Of a DNA stretch of 64,000 nt, positions 19,377 to 29,218 are shown piece by piece. Location of the stretch: the NCBI GenBank assembly GCA_001793095.1, contig MGHG01000004.1:7542-71541 (forward strand), read 5' to 3'. The notes under the pieces were generated by a model. The model had not been told where the DNA came from. It searched no databases and saw nothing but the letters and a program-made list of their open reading frames with translations. The translations under genes were made by a program, and so were the position numbers. Positions within the stretch are counted from its first letter, which is position 1. Every line of letters begins with the position of its first letter. The DNA is from Candidatus Woesebacteria bacterium RIFCSPLOWO2_01_FULL_39_23 (GTDB lineage Bacteria; Patescibacteriota; Microgenomatia; UBA8517).

Positions 19377-19835
19377 ATGAAGATAACTGCTGATCAAATC
19401 AGGAAATTAAAGGAATCAACGGGAGCCCCGGTGATGAGAGTAAAAAAGCTGCTTGAAGAATTAAATGGTGACCTGAAAAAAGCTGAGGTGATACTCAGAA
19501 AAGAAGGTTTTGAGAAAGTGGAAAAAAGAGCGGGAAGGACTACGGGTGCAGGAATTGTTGCTTCGTATACGCACCACAACCAGAAAGTAGTTGGCGTTGC
19601 CGAACTTTTGTGCGAGACGGATTTTGTTGCAAGAAATGAGCTTTTTCAAAATTTAGGGAAAGATTTAGCAATGCAAGTTGCTTCAATGGGAGAAATAAAT
19701 TTTCACAAGCAAGAATTTATTAAAGACCCCTCCAAAAAGATTAACGAGCTGGTTAAAGAATTGAGCGCTAAAACAGGGGAAAACATCCGCATAGGCCGTG
19801 TTTTTCGTGTAGAATTAAGAAATACAACAAAGTAA
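19377..19835 (+). CDS. tsf: elongation factor Ts (short form)
   Basis: [28 protein letters not shown] (UBA-like N-terminus); start taken at the internal Met of track ORF 19311..19835. Confidence 0.85.
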   Translation: MKITADQIRKLKESTGAPVMRVKKLLEELNGDLKKAEVILRKEGFEKVEKRAGRTTGAGIVASYTHHNQKVVGVAELLCETDFVARNELFQNLGKDLAMQVASMGEINFHKQEFIKDPSKKINELVKELSAKTGENIRIGRVFRVELRNTTK

Positions 19836-19865
19836 CTAAGTAACGAACTAACTAAATAACTATTT

Positions 19866-20420
19866 ATGGATGAGGCTTCGATACAAACTAAGATGCAACA
19901 GGTGGTCAATCTTGTGACCACGGACATTGCCTCTATTAGAACAGGACGGGCATCTCCAGCACTTATTGAAAATATAAACGTTTCCGTCTATGGAGGACAA
20001 CAGAAGTTAAAGATCCAGGAGCTGGCGACAATATCAGTTCCTGACGCGCAGACAATTAATATTGATCCTTGGGATAAGTCTATTATCGGGGAAATCAGAC
20101 AGGGAATTCTAGCAGCAAATGTTGGTATGAACCCTTCGATGGATGGAAATATTATTAGGATTTCTTTACCTCCTTTGACAACCGAAGACAGGGAAAAATA
20201 CACAAAACTTCTTTCTGCCAAGCTTGAAAGTGGCAGAATTATGGTCAGGCAAGTTAGAGCTGATGCGATGCATGATATTAAGAAGTCATTTGAAGAAAAA
20301 GAAATTTCGGAGGATGAAAAATTCGGTCAGGAAAAAGCTGTTCAGGGAATAACTGATGATTTTATTGAAAAAATTGACACTTTGGGGGATAAGAAAAAGG
20401 AAGAGCTTCTGCAGTTGTAG
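19866..20420 (+). CDS. frr: ribosome recycling factor
   Basis: RTGRASPALIENINVSVYGGQQKLKIQELATISVPDAQTINIDPWDKS. Confidence 0.9.
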   Translation: MDEASIQTKMQQVVNLVTTDIASIRTGRASPALIENINVSVYGGQQKLKIQELATISVPDAQTINIDPWDKSIIGEIRQGILAANVGMNPSMDGNIIRISLPPLTTEDREKYTKLLSAKLESGRIMVRQVRADAMHDIKKSFEEKEISEDEKFGQEKAVQGITDDFIEKIDTLGDKKKEELLQL

Positions 20421-20449
20421 TTGCAACATACGCTATACTTACACATATT

Positions 20450-21553
20450 ATGTTCACGGCGGCAATCACTTTTTTACTGATTTTATCGATTCTGGTTCTT
20501 GTCCATGAGTTCGGGCATTTTATTGCTGCTAAACGGGCGGGTGTTTGGGTTGAAGAGTTCGGACTCGGTTATCCGCCGAGAGTTTATGGTAGAAAAATTG
20601 GTGAAACGATGTATTCGATTAATCTGTTTCCGATAGGGGGATTTGTAAGGCTGCACGGTGAGCAAACGGAAGAAGGGATCAGTAAACCTAAGAAGGCCTT
20701 TTTTTATAAAAACAAGAAAAAACGCTTCAGCATTTTAATTGCCGGGGTTGTGATGAACTTTATTCTTGCTATTGTGGCATTTACTGTAGTTTATACTTTT
20801 TCGGGTGTTCCGAGAGAAACTGATAAAGTGATTGTTTCGGGAATAGCAAAGGACTCGCCGGCTGAAAGTGCAGGAATAAAAGATAACGATGTTATTGAAA
20901 GTGTAGCCGGACAGGAAGTCAAGGACATCGGTAAGTTTATTGAAATAGTTGAAACAAAAAAAGGAGAAAAAATTACACTTGGTCTGAAAGACAAAAACGG
21001 TGCTGAAAGGCATGTAGAAGTTACACCGAGAATAAATCATCCCGACAATGAAGGACCGATAGGCGTTGCCGTAACGCAAACCGAAATGTATTTCCCTCCA
21101 ATATGGAAAAGACCTTTTTTGGGGGTTTATAACGGTTTTCAGGAAGCTATATTCTGGGGTGAAACGATTGTTATCGGTTTGTTTACGGTTATTAAGAACT
21201 TATTAACGGGCGTTGTTCCGAAGGACGTAGCCGGACCTGTCGGAATTTTTGCCATGACAAGCGAAGTCTCTAAATTCGGAATACTTGCTATTATTAATTT
21301 TTTGGGAGTGTTTTCGGTAAACCTGGCGATAATAAATATCGTTCCCTTTCCTGCACTGGATGGTGGAAGGCTTTTCTTTTTGGGCATTGAAAGTTTAATC
21401 GGCAAGAAGGTTGTCCCGAAAATTGAAGCAGCAATTCATATGGCTGGAATGGTTGTTCTCATACTTCTTATTATTGCGATAACAATTGGTGATGTCAGAA
21501 GACTAATTTCTGCAGGTAGTCTTTCCGGATTTCTCGAAAATGCTGTAAAATGA
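20450..21553 (+). CDS. rseP: RIP metalloprotease RseP (site-2 protease) with PDZ domain
   Basis: HEFGHFIAAK (HExxH); PDZ segment GIAKDSPAESAGIKDNDVI; LDGG motif in the C-terminal TM region. Confidence 0.85.
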   Translation: MFTAAITFLLILSILVLVHEFGHFIAAKRAGVWVEEFGLGYPPRVYGRKIGETMYSINLFPIGGFVRLHGEQTEEGISKPKKAFFYKNKKKRFSILIAGVVMNFILAIVAFTVVYTFSGVPRETDKVIVSGIAKDSPAESAGIKDNDVIESVAGQEVKDIGKFIEIVETKKGEKITLGLKDKNGAERHVEVTPRINHPDNEGPIGVAVTQTEMYFPPIWKRPFLGVYNGFQEAIFWGETIVIGLFTVIKNLLTGVVPKDVAGPVGIFAMTSEVSKFGILAIINFLGVFSVNLAIINIVPFPALDGGRLFFLGIESLIGKKVVPKIEAAIHMAGMVVLILLIIAITIGDVRRLISAGSLSGFLENAVK

Positions 21554-21593
21554 CATCTAAGTCATACTGAACTAGTTTCAGTATCCGGTTAAT

Positions 21594-21878
21594 GTGCAGT
21601 ACTACGTATATATTTTGGGTAATAATAGACCTACTTTATATGTTGGAGTAACCTCAAGTCTAGCTAAGCGAATTTATCAACATAGAAATAATTTAATTAA
21701 AGGATTTACATCCAAGTATTTGATACATAAGCTTCTTTACTATGAAGTAGTCAATAATCCACAAAGTGCATTGGGAAGGGAAAAACAATTGAAAAATTGG
21801 CATAGAGAGTGGAAGTTAAATTTGATAAAATTAAAGAATCCAGAATTTAAAGATTTATATTCGGAAATTCTGAAATAG
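21594..21878 (+). CDS. GIY-YIG nuclease family protein
   Basis: YYVYILGNNRPTLYVGVTSSLAKRIYQH. Confidence 0.7.
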   Translation: MQYYVYILGNNRPTLYVGVTSSLAKRIYQHRNNLIKGFTSKYLIHKLLYYEVVNNPQSALGREKQLKNWHREWKLNLIKLKNPEFKDLYSEILK

Positions 21879-21935
21879 ATCCTGAAATAAACCTGTCCTG
21901 ACGACAGGTCAGGATTCAGGATGACAAAATAATAT

Positions 21936-23180
21936 ATGAAACAATCTACGTTATTTCCAAAGACCAGAAAAGAAGCTCCGAAAGACGCCGAAAGTATTAA
22001 CCACAAGCTTTTGGTCCGCGCAGGCTTCATTGATCAGTTGATGGCCGGTTCATGGACGTTATTACCTCTGGGCTGGCGGGTGGTAACGAAGATAAATCAA
22101 ATTATACGGGAAGAAATGAATGCCATCGGAGGTCAGGAAATGCTTATGCCCCTTTTGCACCCCAAAGAAATCTGGAAGGAAACGGGGAGATGGGATAAAG
22201 CAGAGGAAATTTTATACAAACTTAAAGACACTAGAGATAAAGAATACGCTCTCTCATTTACGCATGAAGAAATTGTTATGGATCTACTGCGTAAGAATAT
22301 AACTAGCTACCAGGATTTACCTGTTTACGTTTACCACTTTTCAACAAAATTCAGAAATGAACCAAGAGCCAGATCTGGAATTTTAAGAGGCAGGGAATTT
22401 ATGATGAAAGACCTCTACAGCGCGCACACCAGTGAAGAAGATTTAATGAAATATTATGAAATTGTAATGGGTGCGTATTCAAAAGTATTTAATCGTCTTG
22501 GTTTTAACTTCAGAATAACAGAAGCTGCGGGAGGTGTTTTTACTGATAAATATACTCATGAATTTCAGGTTCTTTCGGATACGGGAGAAGATGAGATATT
22601 GTACTGCGATTCCTGCGATTGGAGTCAAAATAAAGAAATATTCTCGGGTGACAGGGGTAACCCCTGTCAAAAATGCGGAAAGGGTAAAATTATCCAAGCA
22701 AAGTCAATTGAGGTGGGAAATATTTTTCCGTTGGGGAAATGGTACGCTGAAAAAATGGGAGTCAACTTTACCGGCGAGGACGGAAGCAAAAAGCCTGTTT
22801 GGTTCGGAAGTTACGGCATCGGTCCAACTAGAGTTTTGGGTACGCTGGTGGAGGTAAATCACGACGATAAGGGTATTATTTGGAAGAAAGAAGTTGCTCC
22901 CTTTGATGTACACCTGCTAGATATCAGAACAAGGGATAAAGCGCAGAGCGCAAAGAAAATCGATGACAGTTTACAAAACGAGGGAATTGAAGTTTTATGG
23001 GACGATAGGGATGTTTCCGCCGGAGAGAAGTTTGCCGAGGCTGACCTAATTGGTATTCCGGTGAGATTAGTAATTTCCGAAAAAACAGGAGATAAAATTG
23101 AATGGAAGGAGAGAATTAGCGATAAAGCTGAATTATTGACACTGGATGAGATAATTAGTAAATTGCACAATGGAGATTAA
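21936..23180 (+). CDS. proS: proline--tRNA ligase (bacterial type without INS editing domain; contains CxxC..CxxC zinc-ribbon insertion)
   Basis: HKLLVRAGFIDQLMAGSWTLLPLGWRVVTKINQIIREEMNAIGGQEMLMPLLHPKEIWKETGRW (class II motifs); only 414 aa, so no INS domain; insertion YCDSCDW...GDRGNPCQKCGKG. Confidence 0.85.
   Translation: MKQSTLFPKTRKEAPKDAESINHKLLVRAGFIDQLMAGSWTLLPLGWRVVTKINQIIREEMNAIGGQEMLMPLLHPKEIWKETGRWDKAEEILYKLKDTRDKEYALSFTHEEIVMDLLRKNITSYQDLPVYVYHFSTKFRNEPRARSGILRGREFMMKDLYSAHTSEEDLMKYYEIVMGAYSKVFNRLGFNFRITEAAGGVFTDKYTHEFQVLSDTGEDEILYCDSCDWSQNKEIFSGDRGNPCQKCGKGKIIQAKSIEVGNIFPLGKWYAEKMGVNFTGEDGSKKPVWFGSYGIGPTRVLGTLVEVNHDDKGIIWKKEVAPFDVHLLDIRTRDKAQSAKKIDDSLQNEGIEVLWDDRDVSAGEKFAEADLIGIPVRLVISEKTGDKIEWKERISDKAELLTLDEIISKLHNGD
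22650..22668. repeat. 19-nt perfect palindrome GACAGGGGTAACCCCTGTC, copy 1 (inside proS, encodes DRGNPC)
   Basis: Read directly; identical copy at 46671-46689. Confidence 0.9.
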
Positions 23181-23464
23181 AAGCGAAAAATTATTTGGAA
23201 TACCTATTAAGTACCGGGTGTTTTTCAATGAAAGTGATACTTCAGTAATTAAAGAAAAAGGTTATCATTATTATCCTGGATTTCATACCAATCCTGATGG
23301 TACGAGTGAGGTTAGATATCCAATAATAAGTGTACGAGGGCATCTTTTTGCTAGAGTAATAATCCCTCTTGTTTTGGGTCAGTGATGAGCTAACGGTAGT
23401 TCTTGTCTATTACAATCCAGATAAACTAGCTAAAGTATTTATACCTCTTCTTTGAAGCTGTTTT

Positions 23465-23490
23465 GCTCTATTGCTATATAGCAATAGAGC
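23465..23490. promoter_or_regulatory. 26-nt perfect palindrome GCTCTATTGCTAT|ATAGCAATAGAGC (operator or hairpin)
   Basis: Read directly in the proS-HIT intergenic region. Confidence 0.4.
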
Positions 23491-23588
23491 AAGTTACATA
23501 GTAGGGTATTTTGCAGCAGATGTTAATTGGTGTACCCTAAAATTCATCTTGCCCGACATTCTTTAAGTGGCTATACTCAAGGCAATAT

Positions 23589-24065
23589 ATGGAAGACTGC
23601 ATTTTCTGCAAAATCGTAAAAGGCCAAAGTCTAAGTTATAAAATACTTGAGGATAAAAAACACGTCGCTTTTTTAAGCCTTTACCCAAACACACCCGGCT
23701 TTACCGTAGTCGCTACTAAGAAACATAAGCCCAGTTATGCATTTGAAAACGACGATAAAACGGTAACAGATTTAGTGCTATTTACGAAAAAAGTAGCGAA
23801 GCTTCTAGATGCCTCGTTTGAGGGTGTTGGGAGGTGCGGTATGTTTTTTGAAGGATTCGGTATTGACCATTTGCACTCCAAACTATTTCCAATGCATGGT
23901 ACGGCTGATATGGAAAGGTGGAAACCTATCGAGAGTAATATTGATGTTTTTTTCGAAAAATATCCGGGTTATTTATCATCGCACGCTTCGAAGCGAGAAG
24001 ATGATAAAGAGTTAGAAAGAATTAAAGTTAAAATTCTAGAAACAGCAAAGAAGTTAAATTTATGA
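23589..24065 (+). CDS. HIT (histidine triad) family protein
   Basis: CIFCKIVKGQ N-terminus; histidine-rich IDHLHSKLFPMHG. Confidence 0.65.
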   Translation: MEDCIFCKIVKGQSLSYKILEDKKHVAFLSLYPNTPGFTVVATKKHKPSYAFENDDKTVTDLVLFTKKVAKLLDASFEGVGRCGMFFEGFGIDHLHSKLFPMHGTADMERWKPIESNIDVFFEKYPGYLSSHASKREDDKELERIKVKILETAKKLNL

Positions 24066-24586
24066 TTGCAGATACTATTACTCAGAAGATAGGAGAAGCC
24101 TTGAAGGCACATGACGAAATTCGTCTGTCTGCCTTACGAATGCTCTCATCTGCCTTAAATTATGAATTTATTGCCAAACAGCATAAACTGTCCGTTGAAG
24201 AGGAGCTGACTGTAATTAAGCGTGAAGTAAAAAAAAGGCAGGAAGCTATAGATTCTCTCCATCTCGCCCAGGAAAAATCAAGCACCTCTGATCCGGCGAC
24301 GCTGGAAAAAAGAATAAAACAGGAGGGGGAAGAGCTGAATATTCTAAAGGCATATTTGCCGCCTGAAATGTCCGAAGAAGAATTGGGGAAGCTGATAGAT
24401 GAGGTAATTAAGGACCTGCCCGCAGATGCTCTCGCCCGAGACGTTTCGCGTCGCGATGCGAGCGGGACGCATCAAGCGTTGCAGGCGGGTATGGGTAGGG
24501 TAATCGGAGGAGTTATGAAAAAAGCTGGTGGGAAGGCAGATGGTAAGAAAGTTGCTGAAATGGTTAAGGCTAAGTTAGTTGGTTAA
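24062..24586 (+). CDS. GatB/YqeY domain protein
   Basis: ALKAHDEIRLSALRMLSSALNYEFIAKQ...REVKKRQEAIDS is typical of the YqeY family. Confidence 0.7.
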   Translation: MIADTITQKIGEALKAHDEIRLSALRMLSSALNYEFIAKQHKLSVEEELTVIKREVKKRQEAIDSLHLAQEKSSTSDPATLEKRIKQEGEELNILKAYLPPEMSEEELGKLIDEVIKDLPADALARDVSRRDASGTHQALQAGMGRVIGGVMKKAGGKADGKKVAEMVKAKLVG

Positions 24587-24619
24587 TTCGTTATTCGTCA
24601 TAAGTTATCAGTTAGTATC

Positions 24620-25009
24620 ATGATCAGAGTCTATGTTAAAAAGCAATCAAATTACCCCGTTAATGCACCTTTATTAAAAAAAAGGATCACCCGATTTTTT
24701 GAAGGTCAGGGAATTGTATCGGATTCGGACGTTGTAATCGCAATTGTAGGCAAGAAAGCAATGCTCGATTTAGCTAAGAAATTCTTATGTGAAAATAAAG
24801 TTTTACATAATGTACTATCTTTCACCGAAAGCGAAGTTAATAAGAAGTTTATCGAAGCTAAAAAAGACGTAAACCATTTAGGAGAAATAGTTATTTGTTA
24901 TCCCCAGGTGGTTGTAGAGGCAAATAAGGAAGATAGATTAATAGAAGATAAAGTGTATGAGCTTGCTGAACACGGCGCAGACCATTTGATGGGAAAGCAC
25001 CATGAATAA
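24620..25009 (+). CDS. ybeY: rRNA maturation endoribonuclease YbeY-like
   Basis: C-terminal HGADHLMGKHH matches the H-x-x-x-H-x-x-G-x-x-H metal site of YbeY; size fits. Confidence 0.6.
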   Translation: MIRVYVKKQSNYPVNAPLLKKRITRFFEGQGIVSDSDVVIAIVGKKAMLDLAKKFLCENKVLHNVLSFTESEVNKKFIEAKKDVNHLGEIVICYPQVVVEANKEDRLIEDKVYELAEHGADHLMGKHHE

Positions 25010-25087
25010 TAACTCAGAACTTATAACTCATGACTCATTACCAAAGTTAAGCTTTAAGATATTACATTTAAGTTTTAACATTATATT

Positions 25088-26635
25088 ATGACTTTTTATC
25101 TTAAATACCGCCCGCAAACTTTAGATGATCTTGATTTAGCCGATGTACGGGATACCTTGGGAAAAATCGTCGAGTCGGGAAATTTACCCCATGCGTTTCT
25201 TTTTTACGGGCCAAAAGGATCAGGTAAAACCTCCGCTGCCAGAATTATAGCAAAAGTTGTTAATTGTGAGCATCCGAGTACAAAAGGTGAGCCATGTAAC
25301 AAATGCTACCAATGTAAATCTATTACTAATAACTCGAATATTGATGTTATTGAAATCGATGCTGCAAGTCATAGGGGAATTGACGATATTCGGGAAATTC
25401 GTAACGCCGTAAAGCTAACTCCGGCTAAAGCAAATAAAAAGGTTTATATAATTGACGAGGCGCACATGTTGACTTCCGAGGCTTCTAACGCACTTTTGAA
25501 AACTTTAGAAGAGCCGCCTCGGCATGTATTATTTATCCTGGCGACTACGAATTGGGATAAGATAATTGACACGATAAGGTCAAGGACATTAAATGTAAAT
25601 TTCGGGAAAGCAAGCATCGAGGAATTAGTCAGGTCACTTCGAAAATCATCGAAAGGTGAGAAACTAAAAATAGGCAACGATGCGCTAAATTTGATCGCCA
25701 CGGCATCTGATGGATCTTTCCGGGAGGCTCAAAAGATATTTGAACAATTGATATTGCAGGGATGTGACTTTGACCCCAAGAAATTAGAAGAAGAGTTATT
25801 CAAGAAAGCAAATTTGGGAAGTGTCAATACAATAATATCCTCATTAAGTGATAAGGATGCAAAGACAGCGGTTTCTGAGATTGAAAAGGTGGCTAGCGGG
25901 GGAGGGAGTATAGAAACTTTAACAAAGAAATTGATCGATCGTTTTCGAAGCGCACTTTTCTCTGAAATCGGTTTAGAAGGCGTAAGTCTGGAAGGCTTTA
26001 CTAAAAGTGACTTAATCAGCCTCATTGAGTCGCTAAATATTTCCCTTAAAATTTTAAAATCCGCATTCATGGAGCAAATACCTTTAGAGTTAGCGGTAAT
26101 CAAATGGTGTGAGAGGAAACTTAAAACTAGTAATTTAAAGCTCAAAACAGAAGTTGGTGATGATTCAAAAAAAGATAGTGATCTCGAAGACGCAGCGAAA
26201 CCGCACCGGATAAATTCACAGGCTTCAAATTCAGATAAAGAAATTAAAATTAGTGTCAGTAACCAAAAAGAGGCATTTGATGGGAATATAACTGATGACA
26301 TTTGGAGAGAAATTCTTATTAAGACACGATCGAAAAGCACGTCAACTGAAGCGCTATTACGGGCGTCAAAACCACTTACTTTTAACGGTGAAACATTAAC
26401 TTTGGGAGTATTTTACAGTTTCCATAAAGAGCGTTTGGAAGAGCCGTTTCACAAAAGAATTCTGGAAGATGTTTTGACAGGAATTCTTGACAGTGATGTA
26501 AGAGTAATATGTAATTTAGCAAGTCCGCCCGAAAGAAAAAAAGAAATTGAGGCCGAAAAAAAGGAAGATATAAATTTGACTGAACCGGAAGACGAAGATA
26601 TAATTAAGATCGCTAAAGAAATATTCGAGAACTAG
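25088..26635 (+). CDS. dnaX: DNA polymerase III subunit gamma/tau
   Basis: HAFLFYGPKGSGKTSAARIIAKVVNCE; zinc module CNKCYQC; IIDEAHML. Confidence 0.85.
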   Translation: MTFYLKYRPQTLDDLDLADVRDTLGKIVESGNLPHAFLFYGPKGSGKTSAARIIAKVVNCEHPSTKGEPCNKCYQCKSITNNSNIDVIEIDAASHRGIDDIREIRNAVKLTPAKANKKVYIIDEAHMLTSEASNALLKTLEEPPRHVLFILATTNWDKIIDTIRSRTLNVNFGKASIEELVRSLRKSSKGEKLKIGNDALNLIATASDGSFREAQKIFEQLILQGCDFDPKKLEEELFKKANLGSVNTIISSLSDKDAKTAVSEIEKVASGGGSIETLTKKLIDRFRSALFSEIGLEGVSLEGFTKSDLISLIESLNISLKILKSAFMEQIPLELAVIKWCERKLKTSNLKLKTEVGDDSKKDSDLEDAAKPHRINSQASNSDKEIKISVSNQKEAFDGNITDDIWREILIKTRSKSTSTEALLRASKPLTFNGETLTLGVFYSFHKERLEEPFHKRILEDVLTGILDSDVRVICNLASPPERKKEIEAEKKEDINLTEPEDEDIIKIAKEIFEN

Positions 26636-26708
26636 TTTAGAACTTAAAACTCAAATATTAAAACTTTTTAGGGAATTTGTATTTAGTTTTAAGTTATTAG
26701 TTACACTC

Positions 26709-26996
26709 ATGTTTGACAAAATAAAACAAGGACAACAACTTCTAAAAATGCGCTCTCAGGCAATGCAATTAAAGAAGGAGCTGGAAAAAATTGAACATAC
26801 CGAGGAAAGAGGAGGATTGAAAGTAAAAGTCAACGGTGCTCAAGAGGTGATATATGCTGAGGTAAACGGGGAATCCAGAGAAGATTTAGTCAAGCTGATA
26901 AATGAAGCAATGAAAGAAGTTCAAAAAGAAGCTGCAAAGAAAATGATGGAAATGGGTGGTGGCCTCTCCGGTTTACTGGGTGGAATGGGACAATAG
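26709..26996 (+). CDS. ybaB: nucleoid-associated protein YbaB/EbfC
   Basis: Position between dnaX and recR; size, coiled-coil and Gly-rich C-terminus fit. Confidence 0.75.
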   Translation: MFDKIKQGQQLLKMRSQAMQLKKELEKIEHTEERGGLKVKVNGAQEVIYAEVNGESREDLVKLINEAMKEVQKEAAKKMMEMGGGLSGLLGGMGQ

Positions 26997-27061
26997 TAAC
27001 TTGTATAACTTCATCCGAACTTATTAGTAGTTTTCGTATTATAATCTCGTATAATTAAAAA

Positions 27062-27688
27062 GTGATGAAAATACCCAGGTCATTATCAAATCTAATAGAA
27101 TCTTTTCAGAAACTTCCGGGTATTGGTCCAAAAACAGCACAAAGACTAGCGTTTTATCTGCTGCATGTACCCCAAGAGGATTTGGATAGTTTTTCTGAGG
27201 CGTTGTCTAACCTGAAAAAGAATACGATAATATGCTCGACCTGTAAGAATGTCAGTGAGGTTAACCCTTGTCCTATTTGTTCGGACACTAACCGTGATCT
27301 ATCGAAAATACTGATTGTTGAACAACCGCTGGATGTTTTAGCAATCGAACGGACCGGGAGATATAACGGACTTTATCATGTTTTGCACGGAGCAATTAAC
27401 CCATTGGAAAATATCGGACCCGATGAAATATTCATCGAGCAATTGCTCGATAGAGTAAAAGAGCGGGATGGTGGAAGAGTAGAAGTAAAGACAAAAGAAA
27501 TAATTATTGCAACAAATCCGACAATGGAAGGGGACGCAACGGCAATGTACCTTAGTAAAAAGTTAAAAGTTAAAAGTCAAAAGTTAAAAGTAACAAGATT
27601 GGGGATGGGGATTCCGACCGGTGCCGATTTGGAATATGCGGACGAAGTAACCTTGCGTGAAGCGTTGGCTGGAAGACGGGAAATGTAG
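27062..27688 (+). CDS. recR: recombination protein RecR
   Basis: LIESFQKLPGIGPKTAQRLAFYLL (HhH); C4 zinc finger CSTCKNVSEVNPCPIC; Toprim. Confidence 0.9.
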   Translation: MMKIPRSLSNLIESFQKLPGIGPKTAQRLAFYLLHVPQEDLDSFSEALSNLKKNTIICSTCKNVSEVNPCPICSDTNRDLSKILIVEQPLDVLAIERTGRYNGLYHVLHGAINPLENIGPDEIFIEQLLDRVKERDGGRVEVKTKEIIIATNPTMEGDATAMYLSKKLKVKSQKLKVTRLGMGIPTGADLEYADEVTLREALAGRREM

Positions 27689-27844
27689 AATAATTTTCAA
27701 TTAACTAATAGCGAATGACGAATAACAAAGAACAAAATACAAAATACGATTAACGCATTACGAATTAACTAATAACATATAACTTATGACCTTTGACTAA
27801 TGGCATATATCGTATCACATATTTCTTATCTCGTATAACAAACG

Positions 27845-28309
27845 ATGACATTATTCAACAAAAGTAAATCTCAAATACAGGATTTAGTTAAGCAGGTTAA
27901 AAAGCAGGTCGGAGAAGAGGTTGGTGAATTGACCGAACATACCTCTAAGCAAATCACCGGCGGAGATGTTCATCCGCTTCCATCGGATGATCAAAACAAA
28001 CAATCACCTGTCGTCGAAGCTATGAGCCAAACATCCCAACCCCCTTTAACTGACGAAGAAGAAGCAAAACTCCAAATTCACTTTATCGATCGGACGAAGA
28101 AACTCGAGGAAGAGATGGATAAATTCAGAAAAGAACGTGAAGCACGAGAGAAAGAAGGACAGGAAAATAAGGCTTCCAGTCCAACTAAACCGGGTGAGCC
28201 TATGTTGAAACCGCTTGATATGCCAAAGAGCAAACCAACTCGAGGAAAGATGTCTGGAACTCCGGGACACGCTGAATCCGGTGCTGAAGTAAGAAGAAGC
28301 AAACAGTAA
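27845..28309 (+). CDS. hypothetical charged/low-complexity protein
   Basis: K/E/P-rich 154-aa ORF. Confidence 0.3.
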   Translation: MTLFNKSKSQIQDLVKQVKKQVGEEVGELTEHTSKQITGGDVHPLPSDDQNKQSPVVEAMSQTSQPPLTDEEEAKLQIHFIDRTKKLEEEMDKFRKEREAREKEGQENKASSPTKPGEPMLKPLDMPKSKPTRGKMSGTPGHAESGAEVRRSKQ

Positions 28310-28372
28310 ACCCCCAATAGGGTAATTTGAAAACTATTTTATTTAGAGTAGAATTTCACTCACATACAATTT

Positions 28373-29188
28373 ATGAGGGAATTAGGAGATCTACCCGATC
28401 AGTTTAATGATGAAAACTTAGCTAAATATCCCGAATTGGCTCGGACGAGAAAACTTTTTATAGACCTTTTTAAAGACAAATCTCCTTTGGTGAATTTAGG
28501 GTATACGAGTAAGCAAATAATACAAGCCCAGCCCGTTTTAGAGTTATTATTAGCGGAGGGTAAAGTTCTAACTTACGGTTTTAAATCCCATTACTTAGAT
28601 TTTGTTAGTAAAGAAAGAGGGGAAAAAGAAGCTTTGAGCATTGACAATCTTCCTAGTAAAAGGGGTTATTATTTAATTGCTTTTAGGGATAATACTCCAA
28701 GTTTACCTCCAGTTGAAGAATTGTTAGCAGATATTTTTGGTAACGTTTCACAGCCTAATGTTTTTTCAGATCTGGATACGCAAATAGCACATGTTGCATT
28801 ATTTGAGGGGTGTTCGGATATAAATAATTTATCTTATTTGGTAAAGGAACTTTCAAGTGGATTTGCATTTGAAGGAATGAGGTTAGGAACATATCGAGAA
28901 AATCCTTTAACAAAATTAGCTAGACTAGTTGGCCAAGTTTCCACGTATCGTGCTGCATGGGTAGATGAAACAAATAATGAATTTGTAGTGAGAGTTGATC
29001 CGCCCAATTCGCTGGGTATTGACCCCGTTTTTGCTTCGTATAAGAAGTTAAATAAGATTACAGATATGAGAGGTAGTGTGGTTCCTGTTGGTAAGAAGCC
29101 CAGTACTTCCGAAAATAAAGTAATGCAGACGTTAAGGGCTAAAGAAAGACAATTAGTTATCGGAAAATTAGTATTCGGAAATAAATGA
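28373..29188 (+). CDS. hypothetical protein
   Basis: 271-aa ORF, no motifs recognised. Confidence 0.35.
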   Translation: MRELGDLPDQFNDENLAKYPELARTRKLFIDLFKDKSPLVNLGYTSKQIIQAQPVLELLLAEGKVLTYGFKSHYLDFVSKERGEKEALSIDNLPSKRGYYLIAFRDNTPSLPPVEELLADIFGNVSQPNVFSDLDTQIAHVALFEGCSDINNLSYLVKELSSGFAFEGMRLGTYRENPLTKLARLVGQVSTYRAAWVDETNNEFVVRVDPPNSLGIDPVFASYKKLNKITDMRGSVVPVGKKPSTSENKVMQTLRAKERQLVIGKLVFGNK

Positions 29189-29218
29189 ATGCTATCATAA
29201 GTTACATACATATTATAA

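Noticed and set aside
19866-20420. Absence of pyrH between tsf and frr
   Set aside because: Noted that the common rpsB-tsf-pyrH-frr order lacks pyrH here. This may reflect lineage gene content, but a single window cannot show that pyrH is absent from the genome.
27541-27600. Tandem aaagttaaaag-type repeat
   Set aside because: Lies inside recR and simply encodes the Lys-rich stretch KKLKVKSQKLKV; no spacer/repeat architecture, so not a CRISPR array or regulatory repeat.
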